64,000 bases of DNA from an uncultured archaeon (GCA_964366355.1 CAYITO010000001.1:2459-66458); one strand, 5' to 3'. Numbered from the stretch's first letter, positions 46,384-57,423 are shown. The notes: generated from the sequence alone by a model not told the origin. Numbers and translations are program-made.

Positions 46384-48338
46384 CACGACATTCTGGTATT
46401 TGCAATGAAGTTCTGCACATCGGTTGTGACATTTGCGCTGGTGGTCCTGTTTACCATCTCTAAAACATTCAATGCATTCCCAACACCAGGGACATTCGCA
46501 GGAGTCTGGCTGTCCGTGATGTAGTTGAAGGCCCATATCTGGCTTCCGACCCTTGTTGCCTTGTCGAACCTTCCCAAGTATTGCGAAGTGTTCGTTAGCC
46601 TGACATAGATTTGCTGGTCCGTATAGATAGGGACTGAAGTGCCGAGAGCATTTCTTATGCCGGCTATAATCGCATCCCTTCCGCTACTCTCGCTTAGGTA
46701 TGGAGATGCTGGAGGGTCCCCGCCGCCACTCACGGTAAAGACCGGAGTCATCGTTATCGTAAAAGAAGTGAGGTTGTAAATCCTCGGCTCCCCCACGCCT
46801 GCATTTGAGTTATTGTAGAAATAAATGTCATCATACTCGCAATCTCCCCCCGTTTTTTCAATTCCGAAATATGTGATTCCCGTAGCATCAGTGGTATTGG
46901 AAAAGCTGTGATTCCAACCCACATGCTCGTCTATGCTATTTAACCATGCCTTCCCGTAAAGCCTTTCCTTCAACTCTATTTTCATCATGTACTGGACATT
47001 GGTGCTTGGAAATGGAGCTCCAAATGTCTGTGCTCCCTGGTTATAATCATCAACCGCAAAGAACCCGCCATCTCCACCTACTCCAAACAGCCTTTGACTG
47101 CCTTGAATAGTATTCCCATTGTGGTATATGTCAATTCTGCACCTGTCTCCAGTACTTCTAAGCAACAGCTTTCCATAAGCCCCGACTGTCCCATTAGTTT
47201 TTGGATTGATTGCTGGAATATTCCTTAATGCAAATGCAAATCCAGGGTCACTCCCCATTTTTACAATTTTATTTGAAAAGGTCGGGCTTCCAGTAGTGGT
47301 AAATCCACCTCTGTCTCCTGCATCATAAGTTTCATTAGTTATATACCAAGTAACATTTCCAAAAGTTGTAACCGCTGAATCATTGAACCACACATGAACA
47401 GGATTTGTGTTCATATCAGAGGTTGCCCTGAAATTAATCTGCGTCCTGTTTCCAGATGTCGTGTTGCACCCGCTCAATTCAAGAGTCCCTATTCCGAATT
47501 TAAGAGCCGTATCATTAGCATTGTTGGTTAGTCTTATATCCTGACAGGCATCTCTAATGTCAACAGAAGCATCAAACCCAGAAGCCCTTGCCAGTTCCAC
47601 CCATATCGTCGCATTCTCAACCGAAGCGCTTGTCGATATGCCTATAACCTTGTTGTAATTCTCAAACGTCACAGCCCAATCAAATTTCTTGTACGTCTGA
47701 TTCAAAACTTTCACCGCAGGAATGACATCCCTCTTGTTCAACCCGAGCTGCCTTTTGAAGTATGTTATGTATTGAATCTCGATGTTTTCGTTCGGCTTGA
47801 GCCTTAGTTTTGCCCTCCCGTCCTTTATCTGGGTTATGTTCACCCATCCAGAGTCCACAAGTACCTTGTAGGTTGAGGGATTCCCGTCCACCTGAACCAA
47901 TTGTAGTTCGCTCCAAGTTATCGTTCCGTTAGGGAATGTCTCGGTGTGTGAGATTGTATTTTCAACAACCGTCTTATTTTGTACAACTACTTCCTTCAGG
48001 GTTGTATTTTTAACTAAGATGTCAAATCCGTTGCTTTGTTGAGCCACGCCTTCAAGCAACTCCTCCCATTCAAATTCAAACTCCTGTTCTGTCGGCAATG
48101 GGTTTTTAAGAGTAAATCGAATCGACGAGCCTATCCTGTCGCTCATTTGCTGCTCCCTTCTGACCTCCAACAGTTCAGCAAAGATGCTGTCAGCCGTATA
48201 TGCAGGCTGTGAAAAGACTTGAGATGCTAAAGCCAAGGTTAGCAAAGACGCAATTAGAAAAAAGGCGGTAAAGAATACTGATGCAGAACGGCTTTTCAAT
48301 TCGACTAAGCGCATTATAAATGAATCAAGCACTGTCAA
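46383..48338 (-). CDS. Secreted N/T/G-rich protein of unknown function, stop overlapping the rhs start
   Basis: Signal peptide ..VFFTAFFLIASLLTLALASQVFSQPAYTA. Its stop TGA overlaps the rhs start ATG by 1 nt. Confidence 0.6.
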   Translation of the reverse strand: MTVLDSFIMRLVELKSRSASVFFTAFFLIASLLTLALASQVFSQPAYTADSIFAELLEVRREQQMSDRIGSSIRFTLKNPLPTEQEFEFEWEELLEGVAQQSNGFDILVKNTTLKEVVVQNKTVVENTISHTETFPNGTITWSELQLVQVDGNPSTYKVLVDSGWVNITQIKDGRAKLRLKPNENIEIQYITYFKRQLGLNKRDVIPAVKVLNQTYKKFDWAVTFENYNKVIGISTSASVENATIWVELARASGFDASVDIRDACQDIRLTNNANDTALKFGIGTLELSGCNTTSGNRTQINFRATSDMNTNPVHVWFNDSAVTTFGNVTWYITNETYDAGDRGGFTTTGSPTFSNKIVKMGSDPGFAFALRNIPAINPKTNGTVGAYGKLLLRSTGDRCRIDIYHNGNTIQGSQRLFGVGGDGGFFAVDDYNQGAQTFGAPFPSTNVQYMMKIELKERLYGKAWLNSIDEHVGWNHSFSNTTDATGITYFGIEKTGGDCEYDDIYFYNNSNAGVGEPRIYNLTSFTITMTPVFTVSGGGDPPASPYLSESSGRDAIIAGIRNALGTSVPIYTDQQIYVRLTNTSQYLGRFDKATRVGSQIWAFNYITDSQTPANVPGVGNALNVLEMVNRTTSANVTTDVQNFIANTRMS

Positions 48339-48472
48339 CCTACTATAGCATTAAATTCGGCCAATAAAAAGCTTTTCCAACTCGCAACCAAACCTGATTT
48401 AAAAACTTTTAAGCTTAAACTCCTCAATCATTTTTAACTCAATTGCTTGTCAAGCCTCTGGGGCAAATAACA

Positions 48473-48793
48473 ATGATAGAAAATTCACTTGAGAAGGTCA
48501 GGGAAGCGGAAAATCGTGCAGCTAAGATTATAGAAGATGCCAATCAAGAGAAGGAAAACATAATTGCTGAAGCCAAGAAAAGAGCGTTGGGCATTATAGA
48601 AGAACTTGAGGAACAATCAAGAAAAGACCGTGCGAAGCTGCTTGAAAAATTGAAAAGGGAACTAGAGGAAGAGAAGAGCGAGAAGATTGAAACCGCGGAA
48701 TTCAGCATAAAGAAACTCAAGACCGATTCTAAAAGCAAAACTTCAGGCCAAGTCAGCTTTCTGTACGAGAAATTTCTCGAGGCGATAGGATGA
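48473..48793 (+). CDS. atpH: A1A0 ATP synthase subunit H
   Basis: Short charged coiled-coil protein first in the atp operon (..LEKVREAENRAAKIIEDANQEKENIIAEAKK..). Confidence 0.65.
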   Translation: MIENSLEKVREAENRAAKIIEDANQEKENIIAEAKKRALGIIEELEEQSRKDRAKLLEKLKRELEEEKSEKIETAEFSIKKLKTDSKSKTSGQVSFLYEKFLEAIG

Positions 48794-50592
48794 TAAAACC
48801 GAAAGAAATGACAATGGTAAGAATAATCAGTCCTTCCAACAAGGCGTATAGTGTTATCGAATCTTTATACGAAATGAAAGTATTGCATATTCTTGATTTC
48901 AAGAAGGGCGAGAAGGAGTTCTTCGATATTGGCAAGCCATTCAAGGAGGCATCCAGCTATTCAGAGCAGCTGATTGCTTTGCGTTCCATGATAGCAAGGC
49001 TGAAGATATCAGGCAAGCCTAAGCATTTGAAGAACTTCCATGAAGCCCAAAAAAATTTTTTACATTCGAATGAAACCTTCAGGCGCATTATCGAAAAGAT
49101 GGAAAAGGCAAAAGCAGAAGAAACCGAGCTCTCGGAGGAAGCCAAAAACCCATTGATAAATCTCGGCATCGCCCGAGCTGAAATAAAGGAATACAAATCA
49201 CTTGTAAGTTTTCTGGGCACTGTAAAATCTCCGATCGAACCAAAATTGCAATCCATAACTTCCGATTACACCCTTCTTCAAAAAAAATTGGAAAAGCAAA
49301 TTGCAGTTGCACTTTTTGTAAAACGCGGAACAGAAGAAAAAACAAAAGAGCTGCTGAGCAAGTCCGGTTTTACCGAATACAAGCTTCCCGGTTTAAGCAA
49401 GTCAGAAATCGAGGAAAGGCTGTCCGAAATTAAAGAAGAGATAAGCACTTTAGAAAAGCAGCTGGAAGATTTCAAGAAAACAAACTCACAATTTTTGATC
49501 AACTATGAATTTGCATTGGCTGAGTTGAATGAAAAGGCAGAAGTGCCATTGAGATTTGCTGCGAGCAGGAGCACACTTATTGCTATAGGTTGGGTGCCTG
49601 CTGACACGGCTGAGGCACTAAAGCAAAATTTGGCTGAAGTAGCTAAGGGAAAGGTTTCTGTAGAATTAATGCAAGGCAAAAACCCGCCGACTGTCTTGGA
49701 AAATTCCAAATTGGCAAAACCATTTGAACTTCTTCTGGATTTGTATTCCTTGCCAAGATATTACGAGATTGATCCTACAGTGCTGATGTTCATAGCATTT
49801 CCTTTATTCTTTGGCTTCATGCTTGGCGATGTCGGCTACGGATTGATCACTTTTTTTGCCATGCTTATGATCGGAAAGGTGGTGCCGGTTGAAGTCAAGC
49901 CTTTGTTGAGGATAATAACCATCTCGGCTTTGGCAAGCATAGCATTCGGTTTTGTATTCGGCGAATTTTTCGGACATGAGTTCATCAAGCATCCCATTTT
50001 GAACAGAGTACATGACATAAACACAATGATGCTGATATCGGTTGCAGTTGGAGTTGTGCATTTAAATCTCGGTCTGGTTTTGGGCATAATTAATGAGATG
50101 AAGCATCACAACTTTTTCGTCGCTTTCCTGAAGAAAGGTTCATGGATGGTTCTTCAAGTTGCAGTTGGAATTCTCGGCTACGGTTTCTTGCAATCAAACC
50201 GAACTTTCGAGATTGCCGGTGGTGCGTTGTCGATAATTTCCATAGCAATGATAATCAAGGGCGAAGGTCTGTTGAGAATCGTCGAACTTCCTGCACTTCT
50301 GTCAAACATTCTATCATACATGAGATTATACGCAATCGGTCTTGCGTCAGTTTCATTTGCGGCAGTAATCAACAACTTGTCATCCGGCCTTTTTGCACAA
50401 GGCGGTTTAATGATGATAGTCGGCGCAGTTATTTTACTCTCAGGCCATCTGGTGAATTTGTTGCTCGGTCTTTTAGGACCATTCTTGCATTCACTCAGAT
50501 TGCACTATGTTGAGTTTTTCCAAAAATTTTATGAGGGAGGAGGCTACAAGTATAGCCCCTTCGGAATAGTTAAAATGTTAGGAGGTAGATAG
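48790..50592 (+). CDS. atpI: A1A0 ATP synthase subunit I (a-subunit, membrane)
   Basis: Soluble coiled-coil N-domain plus a C-terminal multi-TM domain containing ..LSYMRLYAIGLAS.., the conserved Arg helix. Confidence 0.85.
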   Translation: MIKPKEMTMVRIISPSNKAYSVIESLYEMKVLHILDFKKGEKEFFDIGKPFKEASSYSEQLIALRSMIARLKISGKPKHLKNFHEAQKNFLHSNETFRRIIEKMEKAKAEETELSEEAKNPLINLGIARAEIKEYKSLVSFLGTVKSPIEPKLQSITSDYTLLQKKLEKQIAVALFVKRGTEEKTKELLSKSGFTEYKLPGLSKSEIEERLSEIKEEISTLEKQLEDFKKTNSQFLINYEFALAELNEKAEVPLRFAASRSTLIAIGWVPADTAEALKQNLAEVAKGKVSVELMQGKNPPTVLENSKLAKPFELLLDLYSLPRYYEIDPTVLMFIAFPLFFGFMLGDVGYGLITFFAMLMIGKVVPVEVKPLLRIITISALASIAFGFVFGEFFGHEFIKHPILNRVHDINTMMLISVAVGVVHLNLGLVLGIINEMKHHNFFVAFLKKGSWMVLQVAVGILGYGFLQSNRTFEIAGGALSIISIAMIIKGEGLLRIVELPALLSNILSYMRLYAIGLASVSFAAVINNLSSGLFAQGGLMMIVGAVILLSGHLVNLLLGLLGPFLHSLRLHYVEFFQKFYEGGGYKYSPFGIVKMLGGR

Positions 50593-50596
50593 AAAA

Positions 50597-50824
50597 ATGG
50601 CAGTAGATATAGGAACAGGATTGCTAGGACTCGGAGCCGGTATTGCAATAGCTGGAGGAGCGCTAGCTGCAGGTATAGCTGAAAAGGATATAGGAACCGC
50701 AGCAATAGGCGCCATGGCTGAAAAAGAAGAGCTTTTTGGTAAAGGCTTGATTCTTACAGTCATTCCTGAAACATTAGTCATCTTCGGCATGGTTGTAGCA
50801 ATACTGATACTAGGCAAAGCATGA
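50597..50824 (+). CDS. atpK: A1A0 ATP synthase subunit K (proteolipid c-subunit, single hairpin)
   Basis: 75-aa Gly/Ala-rich hairpin with the ion-binding Glu in ..LTVIPETLVIFG.. Confidence 0.85.
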   Translation: MAVDIGTGLLGLGAGIAIAGGALAAGIAEKDIGTAAIGAMAEKEELFGKGLILTVIPETLVIFGMVVAILILGKA

Positions 50825-50836
50825 TAGAGAATAAAC

Positions 50837-51400
50837 ATGGGATTGGAAAATGTAATAGATGAAATTATTTCGCAGGCTGAAAAGCAGAAGCAGGAAATAA
50901 TTGATCAAGGCAAGCAGGAGGCCAAGAAAATAGTAGACGAAGCTATGCGCAAGGGAAATGAACAGGCCAAAAAATTCGATGAGGAAACGAGAAGAATAAT
51001 CGGCGAAACTAAAAAGATGGAACTTTCGGCAGGCAATATCAAAACGCATAAGATGATGCTTGAGGCAAAGAAGAGCATACTTGACGAGGTCTACAATCAA
51101 GTGATTGAGAAGGTAAGCAAGATTGACTCTTCCAAGCGAAAGGAAATCTTGCACAAGTTGGTGGAAAGGGCGGAGAAGGAATTGGAGGATGCAAAGTTTG
51201 TTTACTGTGCTGGTCGAGATAAGGAACTCGTTTCGGACATGAAAGGCTTGAAATTCGGGGGCGAGATTGATTGCATCGGCGGTGTGATAGTAGAAAATTC
51301 CAGCAAAACCATCAAAATAAATTACACATTTGATGTGCTGCTTAAGGATGTGAAGGAGATATATCTGAATGAAATTTCAAAAAAAATCTTTCAAAGTTAG
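50837..51400 (+). CDS. atpE: A1A0 ATP synthase subunit E
   Basis: Position in operon and charged coiled-coil N-terminus typical of subunit E. Confidence 0.75.
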   Translation: MGLENVIDEIISQAEKQKQEIIDQGKQEAKKIVDEAMRKGNEQAKKFDEETRRIIGETKKMELSAGNIKTHKMMLEAKKSILDEVYNQVIEKVSKIDSSKRKEILHKLVERAEKELEDAKFVYCAGRDKELVSDMKGLKFGGEIDCIGGVIVENSSKTIKINYTFDVLLKDVKEIYLNEISKKIFQS

Positions 51401-51401
51401 G

Positions 51402-52313
51402 ATGAAAAAACATCCTGCACGTGCGGTGAGGGTATCTCCATATACCTACACTAGAGTAAAGGCTATGAAGGCAAAACTGCTTGGAAAGGAAGACTACCAG
51501 AAGTTCCTCAAGATGTCCCAGGAAGAGATTGCAAGATACCTGCAGGAGACTGAATACAACAAGGAAATCACAGAGCTTGCCATGAAATTCAGCGGGACAA
51601 ACCTCATTGAATACGGATTGAACAGGAATTTGGAGAACACGTTTTCGAAAATATGGAAAATTGCATTGCGACAGACCAAAGAGCAAATCGGACTTTACCT
51701 GAGACGCTACGATATAGCAAACATAAAAACAATTTTGAGGGGCAAATACGCCAAAGTCCCGAATGAGAAAATAATCAATGAGTTGGTTGTGAGTGGGGAA
51801 TTGTCAAGGAACTTTTTTGAACTGGTGATAAAGGAATCAACGAACTTGGAAAGCGCGATAGAATATTTCAAGAGAACTGAATACTATCCTGTTTTGAAAA
51901 AATTTTCAAACAATTTGACAAAATTGGAAGACGAGCTGGACAAACTTTATTTTTCGATGGCATTGGATGCTGCCGGAAAGGACCTCAAAGATTACATACA
52001 GATGGAGATTACAATTAAAAATGCATTGAATAGATTAAGAGCAAAGAAGGCTAACATAAACGTCGAGCTTCTCCTGGGCGAGAAGAAAATAAAGATACCA
52101 TATCAGGACGATTCTGTTGAGGCGAGAGTCTTCATGAAGAAACTTTTAATCGAAAGGGCAATCAGGATGGTGCACGAAGCCAAGCTCAATCTCAAGCCAA
52201 TCTTGGGCTATTTCATCGCAAAGGAAAATGAAATCAGCAACATAAGAATGATAACGCGGGGGAAGCATGCGGGATTGGGCGAAGAATTAATCCAGAGGCA
52301 GTTGGTGATCTGA
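51402..52313 (+). CDS. atpC: A1A0 ATP synthase subunit C
   Basis: Position in operon. ~300-aa helical protein. ATG at 51402 follows the atpE stop. Confidence 0.75.
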   Translation: MKKHPARAVRVSPYTYTRVKAMKAKLLGKEDYQKFLKMSQEEIARYLQETEYNKEITELAMKFSGTNLIEYGLNRNLENTFSKIWKIALRQTKEQIGLYLRRYDIANIKTILRGKYAKVPNEKIINELVVSGELSRNFFELVIKESTNLESAIEYFKRTEYYPVLKKFSNNLTKLEDELDKLYFSMALDAAGKDLKDYIQMEITIKNALNRLRAKKANINVELLLGEKKIKIPYQDDSVEARVFMKKLLIERAIRMVHEAKLNLKPILGYFIAKENEISNIRMITRGKHAGLGEELIQRQLVI

Positions 52314-52609
52314 TGGAGATAGCAGTAGTTGGAAATGACGATTTTGTAACCGGCTTTTCATTGGCAGGCGTAAGATATTATTTCACTTCAGAAACTAACC
52401 TCGACCAAAAAGTCGAAGAGGTTTTGAAATACGATGAGATAGGCGTGTTGGTCATGGAGGAGGAACAATTTAAATCGTTGAACAGCAAAACTAGAAAGAT
52501 GCTCGAAAAATTGGTTAAACCTGTCTTGGTTTTGGTCTCTGACACAGGAAAGGAGACAGATCTCAGGCAGATGATAAAAAGAAGTTTGGGTGTTGACTTA
52601 TGGCGATAG
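52313..52609 (+). CDS. atpF: A1A0 ATP synthase subunit F
   Basis: [20 protein letters not shown].., the typical subunit F N-terminus. Confidence 0.8.
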   Translation: MEIAVVGNDDFVTGFSLAGVRYYFTSETNLDQKVEEVLKYDEIGVLVMEEEQFKSLNSKTRKMLEKLVKPVLVLVSDTGKETDLRQMIKRSLGVDLWR

Positions 52610-54339
52610 GCAAGCTATACCGTATATCCGGCCCGGTAGTAGTTGCAGAAGGATTAGACGCAAAGATGTACGAATTGGTAAAAGTTGGAAATGAAAAACT
52701 ATTGGGTGAAGTAGTTCAGATAACAGGAGACAGAGCTACAATACAAGTTTATGAAGAGACTATTGGTCTGAAGCCTGGCGAGCCGGTTGAAGGCACTGGG
52801 GCTTCGCTTTCTGTAGAGTTGGGACCTGGATTGTTATCACAAATTTATGACGGCGTACAAAGGCCGTTGCCAGTTTTGCATGAGTTCGGAGGAGAATTTA
52901 TAGCTCGAGGCATCACGGCGCCTGCGTTGGATGAAAATAAAAATTGGGAATTCGTTGCAAAAGTTGGGAAGGGCGACGAGGTTGCAGGCGGCGACACACT
53001 CGGAACAGTTCAGGAAACAAAACATTTCGAGCATAAAATTTTAGTTACTCCCAACGTCAAAGGAAAAATAAAAGAAATAAATTCCGGCAAGTTCAACATC
53101 AGACAGCCTATCGGGGAATTGACAAACGGAACGAAATTATATCTGTCTCACAAGTGGCCAGTTAGAACTCCAAGACCTGTCAAAGAAAAATTGATGCCGA
53201 CACTACCAATGATAACAGGACAGAGAATACTTGATGCTCTATTTCCAATTGCCAAAGGCGGGACGGCTGCAATGCCAGGGCCATTTGGATCAGGAAAAAC
53301 TGTAACACAACAACAATTAGCAAAGTGGAGTGATGCGAAGATTGTAGTCTACATCGGATGCGGCGAAAGAGGAAACGAGATGACCGAAGTTTTGACAGAA
53401 TTTCCAAAATTAATCGACCCTTATACAAATGCTCCCTTGATGGAAAGAACAGTTTTGATTGCAAACACGTCAAACATGCCGGTTGCTGCGAGAGAAGCAT
53501 CAGTTTACACAGGCATGACGATTGCAGAATACTTCAGAGATCAGGGTTATGATGTTGCATTGATGGCTGATTCAACCAGCAGGTGGGCAGAGGCAATGAG
53601 AGAAATTTCTTCTAGATTGGAAGAGATGCCTGGCGAAGAGGGATACCCAGCTTATCTTGCTGCAAGATTGTCGGAATTTTATGAAAGAGCGGGAAGGTGT
53701 ATTTGTCTTGGTAGTGACAAAGAAGGTTCCATCACTGCAATAGGTGCAGTGTCGCCTCCAGGAGGAGATTTTTCAGAACCTGTGACACAGAACACTCTGA
53801 AGATAACAAAAGTTTTCTGGGCTCTTGATGCGAGACTCGCTCAAAGAAGGCACTTCCCCGCAATAAATTGGTTGGATTCCTATTCGCTTTACAAGGACAC
53901 TCTGGCGCAGTGGTATATTGACAAAGTTGCAGACGATTGGAATGATATAAGGCAAAAGGCAATGGAGATTTTGCAGCAGGAGGCATCGTTGCAGGAAATA
54001 GTCCAGCTGGTTGGAAGCGACGCACTGCCTGAAAAAGAAAGGCTTACGATTGAAATCGCAAGGATGATTCGTGAAGGATTCCTGCAGCAGTCCGCATATC
54101 ACCCGGTTGATTCTTACTGCAGCCTGAAGAAGCAGTACGGCCTTTTGAAATCTATAATGAAGTTCAGAGAGTTGGCATTCCAATCTCTTGACGAGGGTGC
54201 GAACTTACCAGCAATAGCTGCGCTTGACATCAAGACAAAACTTATAAAAGCTGCTCTGATAGATGAGAAGAGCTTCGAACATGAAATCAAGAAGATAAAC
54301 GAGCAGATGGGCTCAGACTTCAAAGGATTGGTTGTATAA
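52600..54339 (+). CDS. atpA: A1A0 ATP synthase catalytic subunit A
   Basis: Walker A ..GPFGSGKTV.. plus the non-homologous region typical of A/V-type A subunits. Confidence 0.95.
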   Translation: MAIGKLYRISGPVVVAEGLDAKMYELVKVGNEKLLGEVVQITGDRATIQVYEETIGLKPGEPVEGTGASLSVELGPGLLSQIYDGVQRPLPVLHEFGGEFIARGITAPALDENKNWEFVAKVGKGDEVAGGDTLGTVQETKHFEHKILVTPNVKGKIKEINSGKFNIRQPIGELTNGTKLYLSHKWPVRTPRPVKEKLMPTLPMITGQRILDALFPIAKGGTAAMPGPFGSGKTVTQQQLAKWSDAKIVVYIGCGERGNEMTEVLTEFPKLIDPYTNAPLMERTVLIANTSNMPVAAREASVYTGMTIAEYFRDQGYDVALMADSTSRWAEAMREISSRLEEMPGEEGYPAYLAARLSEFYERAGRCICLGSDKEGSITAIGAVSPPGGDFSEPVTQNTLKITKVFWALDARLAQRRHFPAINWLDSYSLYKDTLAQWYIDKVADDWNDIRQKAMEILQQEASLQEIVQLVGSDALPEKERLTIEIARMIREGFLQQSAYHPVDSYCSLKKQYGLLKSIMKFRELAFQSLDEGANLPAIAALDIKTKLIKAALIDEKSFEHEIKKINEQMGSDFKGLVV

Positions 54340-55714
54340 TATGAAGGAATACAGGACAATATCACGAATCGCAGGACCATTGGTTTTTGTAGAGAAGACG
54401 CACGAGGTTGCATACGGGGAGCTTGTTGAAATAGAATTGGACGGACAAAAAAAGTCAGGACAGGTTCTTGACACTTCCAAGGATATTGTCGTCGTGCAGG
54501 TTTTCGAGGGAACATCCGGGATAGATAGAAATTCAACTGTGAAATTTTTGGGCAGGACAATAAAGCTCAGCTGCACCAAAGAACTTATGGGAAGAATTTT
54601 GGACGGGTTGGGAAGACCAATCGACGGCGGGCCTGAAGTGATTCCAGACGAGCAAAGGGATGTAAATGGCTCAGCAATGAATCCCTATTCCCGTGATGCT
54701 CCAAGAGATTTCATACAGACAGGCATATCATCAATCGACGGAATGAATACACTCGTGAAAGGCCAGAAGCTTCCAATATTTTCCGGTTCAGGTTTACCCC
54801 ATAACGACATAGCATTGCAGATAGCGCGACAGGCAAAGGTCGGCAAGAATTTCGCCGTAGTTTTTGTAGCGATGGGAATAACAAACGAAGAAGCTCAGAG
54901 GTTCATCAAGGAATTCGAGCATACCGGGGCGCTGGAAAGGGCTGTCGTATTTTTGAACTTGGCTGACGACCCTGCGATTGAAAGATTGGTGACGCCGAGA
55001 ATGGGACTGACTGCGGCAGAGTATCTTGCATTCACCCATGGGATGGATGTTTTGGTTATTTTGACAGACATGTCCAGCTATTGTGAAGCACTACGTGAGA
55101 TAGGTGCAGCACGCGAGGAAGTTCCTGGAAGAAGAGGATATCCTGGCTACATGTACACAAATCTCGCATCACTTTACGAGAGGGCGGGATTGATAAAAGG
55201 GAAGAAGGGATCGATAACACAATTTCCAATTTTGACTTTGCCGGGGGATGATATAACTCATCCGATACCTGATTTGACCGGATACATCACGGAAGGGCAG
55301 ATAGTTCTTTCAAGGGAGTTGCATGCAAAGGGAACCTATCCTCCTGTGGATGTGCTGCCGTCGTTAAGCAGGCTGATGCAGATTGGAATCGGCGCTGGCA
55401 AGACTAGGGATGACCACAGGGCTGTTAGCAACCAGTTGTATGCTGCGTATGCCGAAGGAAGATCGTTAAGAGGATTGGTTGCAATTGTCGGCGAAGAGGC
55501 GTTGACGGAAAGGGACAGGGCATACCTGAAGTTTGCAAAAACATTCGAGGAGCAGTTCGATGGACAAGGAAAGACTGAGGACAGAAGCATAGAGGAGACT
55601 TTGAACTTGGGATGGAAGCTGCTGCAATTGATGCCGAGGAATGAATTGATAAGAATTGATGATTCATTGATAGAGAAATATTCTAAGCAGTTGGATTTGA
55701 AATTTGCTGGATAA
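54332..55714 (+). CDS. atpB: A1A0 ATP synthase subunit B
   Basis: ..[11 protein letters not shown].. N-terminus, ..[22 protein letters not shown].. Confidence 0.95.
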   Translation: MYNMKEYRTISRIAGPLVFVEKTHEVAYGELVEIELDGQKKSGQVLDTSKDIVVVQVFEGTSGIDRNSTVKFLGRTIKLSCTKELMGRILDGLGRPIDGGPEVIPDEQRDVNGSAMNPYSRDAPRDFIQTGISSIDGMNTLVKGQKLPIFSGSGLPHNDIALQIARQAKVGKNFAVVFVAMGITNEEAQRFIKEFEHTGALERAVVFLNLADDPAIERLVTPRMGLTAAEYLAFTHGMDVLVILTDMSSYCEALREIGAAREEVPGRRGYPGYMYTNLASLYERAGLIKGKKGSITQFPILTLPGDDITHPIPDLTGYITEGQIVLSRELHAKGTYPPVDVLPSLSRLMQIGIGAGKTRDDHRAVSNQLYAAYAEGRSLRGLVAIVGEEALTERDRAYLKFAKTFEEQFDGQGKTEDRSIEETLNLGWKLLQLMPRNELIRIDDSLIEKYSKQLDLKFAG

Positions 55715-55980
55715 CCGTAGGTTTAAAACTGAAATTTTTATTGATACCCATTTGATGCCCTATAAATCACCATATGGTCAGAGGGTAATATCCCATATAC
55801 AGGAACTAATTCAAGGCCAGTCAACTGAGGCAGTAAATACGGCAGAGTTGGAGAATGAATAACTCTCCCATTAGGATTCCTTGAAGTAGGTCTAGTTTTA
55901 ACCCCCCAGCGCAACATATTGTCGTGCAATTCTACTTATTTCCACTCGTCTACCCATAGTCATAATATCATCCATCCTGC

Positions 55981-57423
55981 CTACGCATTCAAGTATGTGA
56001 AAAATTCCCAGGGCGTCGGCCTTAATGAAACTTGCAACTGCTCATCTTTTTTAAATTCTACATATTTTTCCAGGAAGTCTCCGGTGAAAACCGGTTTCAA
56101 GAAATCATCATCGGACAACAACGACTCGATAGCTTCCTTTAAAGAGCCGGGCAGTTCCTTAACACCCAGAGCTCTTCTCCTGTCTGGAGTTAGTTTGTAA
56201 ATGTCTTCATCAACTGACGAGCCAGGATCGATCTTTCTCCTTATCCCATCCAACCCAGCCATTAGCATTGCCGCAAATGCGATATAGGGATTGCATGACG
56301 GATCGGGTGTTCTGAATTCAAGCCTCTTGGCATGCTCTATCCCCTTATGATACATAGGAATTCTTACGTTTGCAGAACGATTCCTAACACTCCATGCAAC
56401 AAATACAGGTGCTTCATATCCCGGAACCAACCTTCTGTAGGAATTGGTAGTTGGATTTGTTATTGCACACAAAGCACGCGAATGTTCCAATAATCCGCCA
56501 ATGTAGTATCTTCCGGTCTGGCTCAATTCAGCATAATCGTCGTCAGGATCGAAAAATGAATTCTTCCCATTCTTCCACAAGCTTTGGTGCGTATGCATGC
56601 CTGATGCATTATCGCCGAATATCGGTTTGGGCATGAACGTGGCTACCTTTCCCAGTCTGCTGGCGAGCATCTTGATGACGTATTTGTAGGTTACCACCTT
56701 GTCAGCCATGCTCACCAATTCATCATACTTCATGTTGATTTCACACTGCCCGGCCGTTGCAACCTCGTGATGGTGGGCATCCAGAAAAATTCCGAAACTA
56801 TCTGTAAGAATTCTGCATACTTCATTCCTGAATTCTGTCAATGTGTCTTGGGGCGATGACGGATAATAGCCTGCTTTGAACGGAATTGGATATCCCTTGC
56901 CGCCGTTGTTATGCCACGGCGCTTCAGAAGATTCTATCAAGTACCCCGAACCAGCCCATGAATCCCTGGCAGCTATGGGACTTGGCAACAGTTGCACAGA
57001 ATCAAAAACAAAGAATTCCAGCTCAGGCCCCCAATAAGTTTTATCAAAGCCCATCTTCATTGCCTCCTCTTCGGCCTTCTGCGCTATGAATCTAGAATCG
57101 CGCGTGAACCTGTCTTTTCCAAATCCTTCATAAACATCGACAATTACTCTTGCGGTCTTGTGATCGTCTTGGTTCCAAGGAAGCGTGGCGAAAGTCTTCA
57201 GGTCAGGCCTCATTATCATGTCCGACTCGTGTATGTCCTTGAATCCCTTTATCGAACTGCCGTCCAACTTGCCAAAGCCATCGGCAAAATCACCTTCGCC
57301 TATTGAGTTGGTGGGAATGTTGATGTGCTGTAGAGCGCCTAGAATATCCACAAACTGAAACTCCAGCCACTTTATATTGTTAAATTTTATCTTGTCCAAA
57401 ATGCCGCCAACTAAGGTGTCCAT
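55981..57423 (-). CDS. glnA: Glutamine synthetase type I
   Basis: ..FMPKPIFGDNASGMHTHQSLW.. and ..NPTTNSYRRLVPGYEAP.. GS motifs. Confidence 0.9.
   Translation of the reverse strand: MDTLVGGILDKIKFNNIKWLEFQFVDILGALQHINIPTNSIGEGDFADGFGKLDGSSIKGFKDIHESDMIMRPDLKTFATLPWNQDDHKTARVIVDVYEGFGKDRFTRDSRFIAQKAEEEAMKMGFDKTYWGPELEFFVFDSVQLLPSPIAARDSWAGSGYLIESSEAPWHNNGGKGYPIPFKAGYYPSSPQDTLTEFRNEVCRILTDSFGIFLDAHHHEVATAGQCEINMKYDELVSMADKVVTYKYVIKMLASRLGKVATFMPKPIFGDNASGMHTHQSLWKNGKNSFFDPDDDYAELSQTGRYYIGGLLEHSRALCAITNPTTNSYRRLVPGYEAPVFVAWSVRNRSANVRIPMYHKGIEHAKRLEFRTPDPSCNPYIAFAAMLMAGLDGIRRKIDPGSSVDEDIYKLTPDRRRALGVKELPGSLKEAIESLLSDDDFLKPVFTGDFLEKYVEFKKDEQLQVSLRPTPWEFFTYLNA

Noticed and set aside
46384-46536. 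Upstream Cys/His-rich alternative start for rhs (MGLQLHHGQPDSCECPWCWECIECF..)
   Set aside because: It would overlap the upstream gene by 153 nt out of frame. The ATG at 46383 gives a canonical signal peptide and a 1-nt stop/start overlap.
55738-55929. 63-aa minus-strand ORF between atpB and glnA
   Set aside because: Lies in a convergent intergenic region. No start context or motifs. Probably spurious. The region was also checked for a tRNA and no cloverleaf found.
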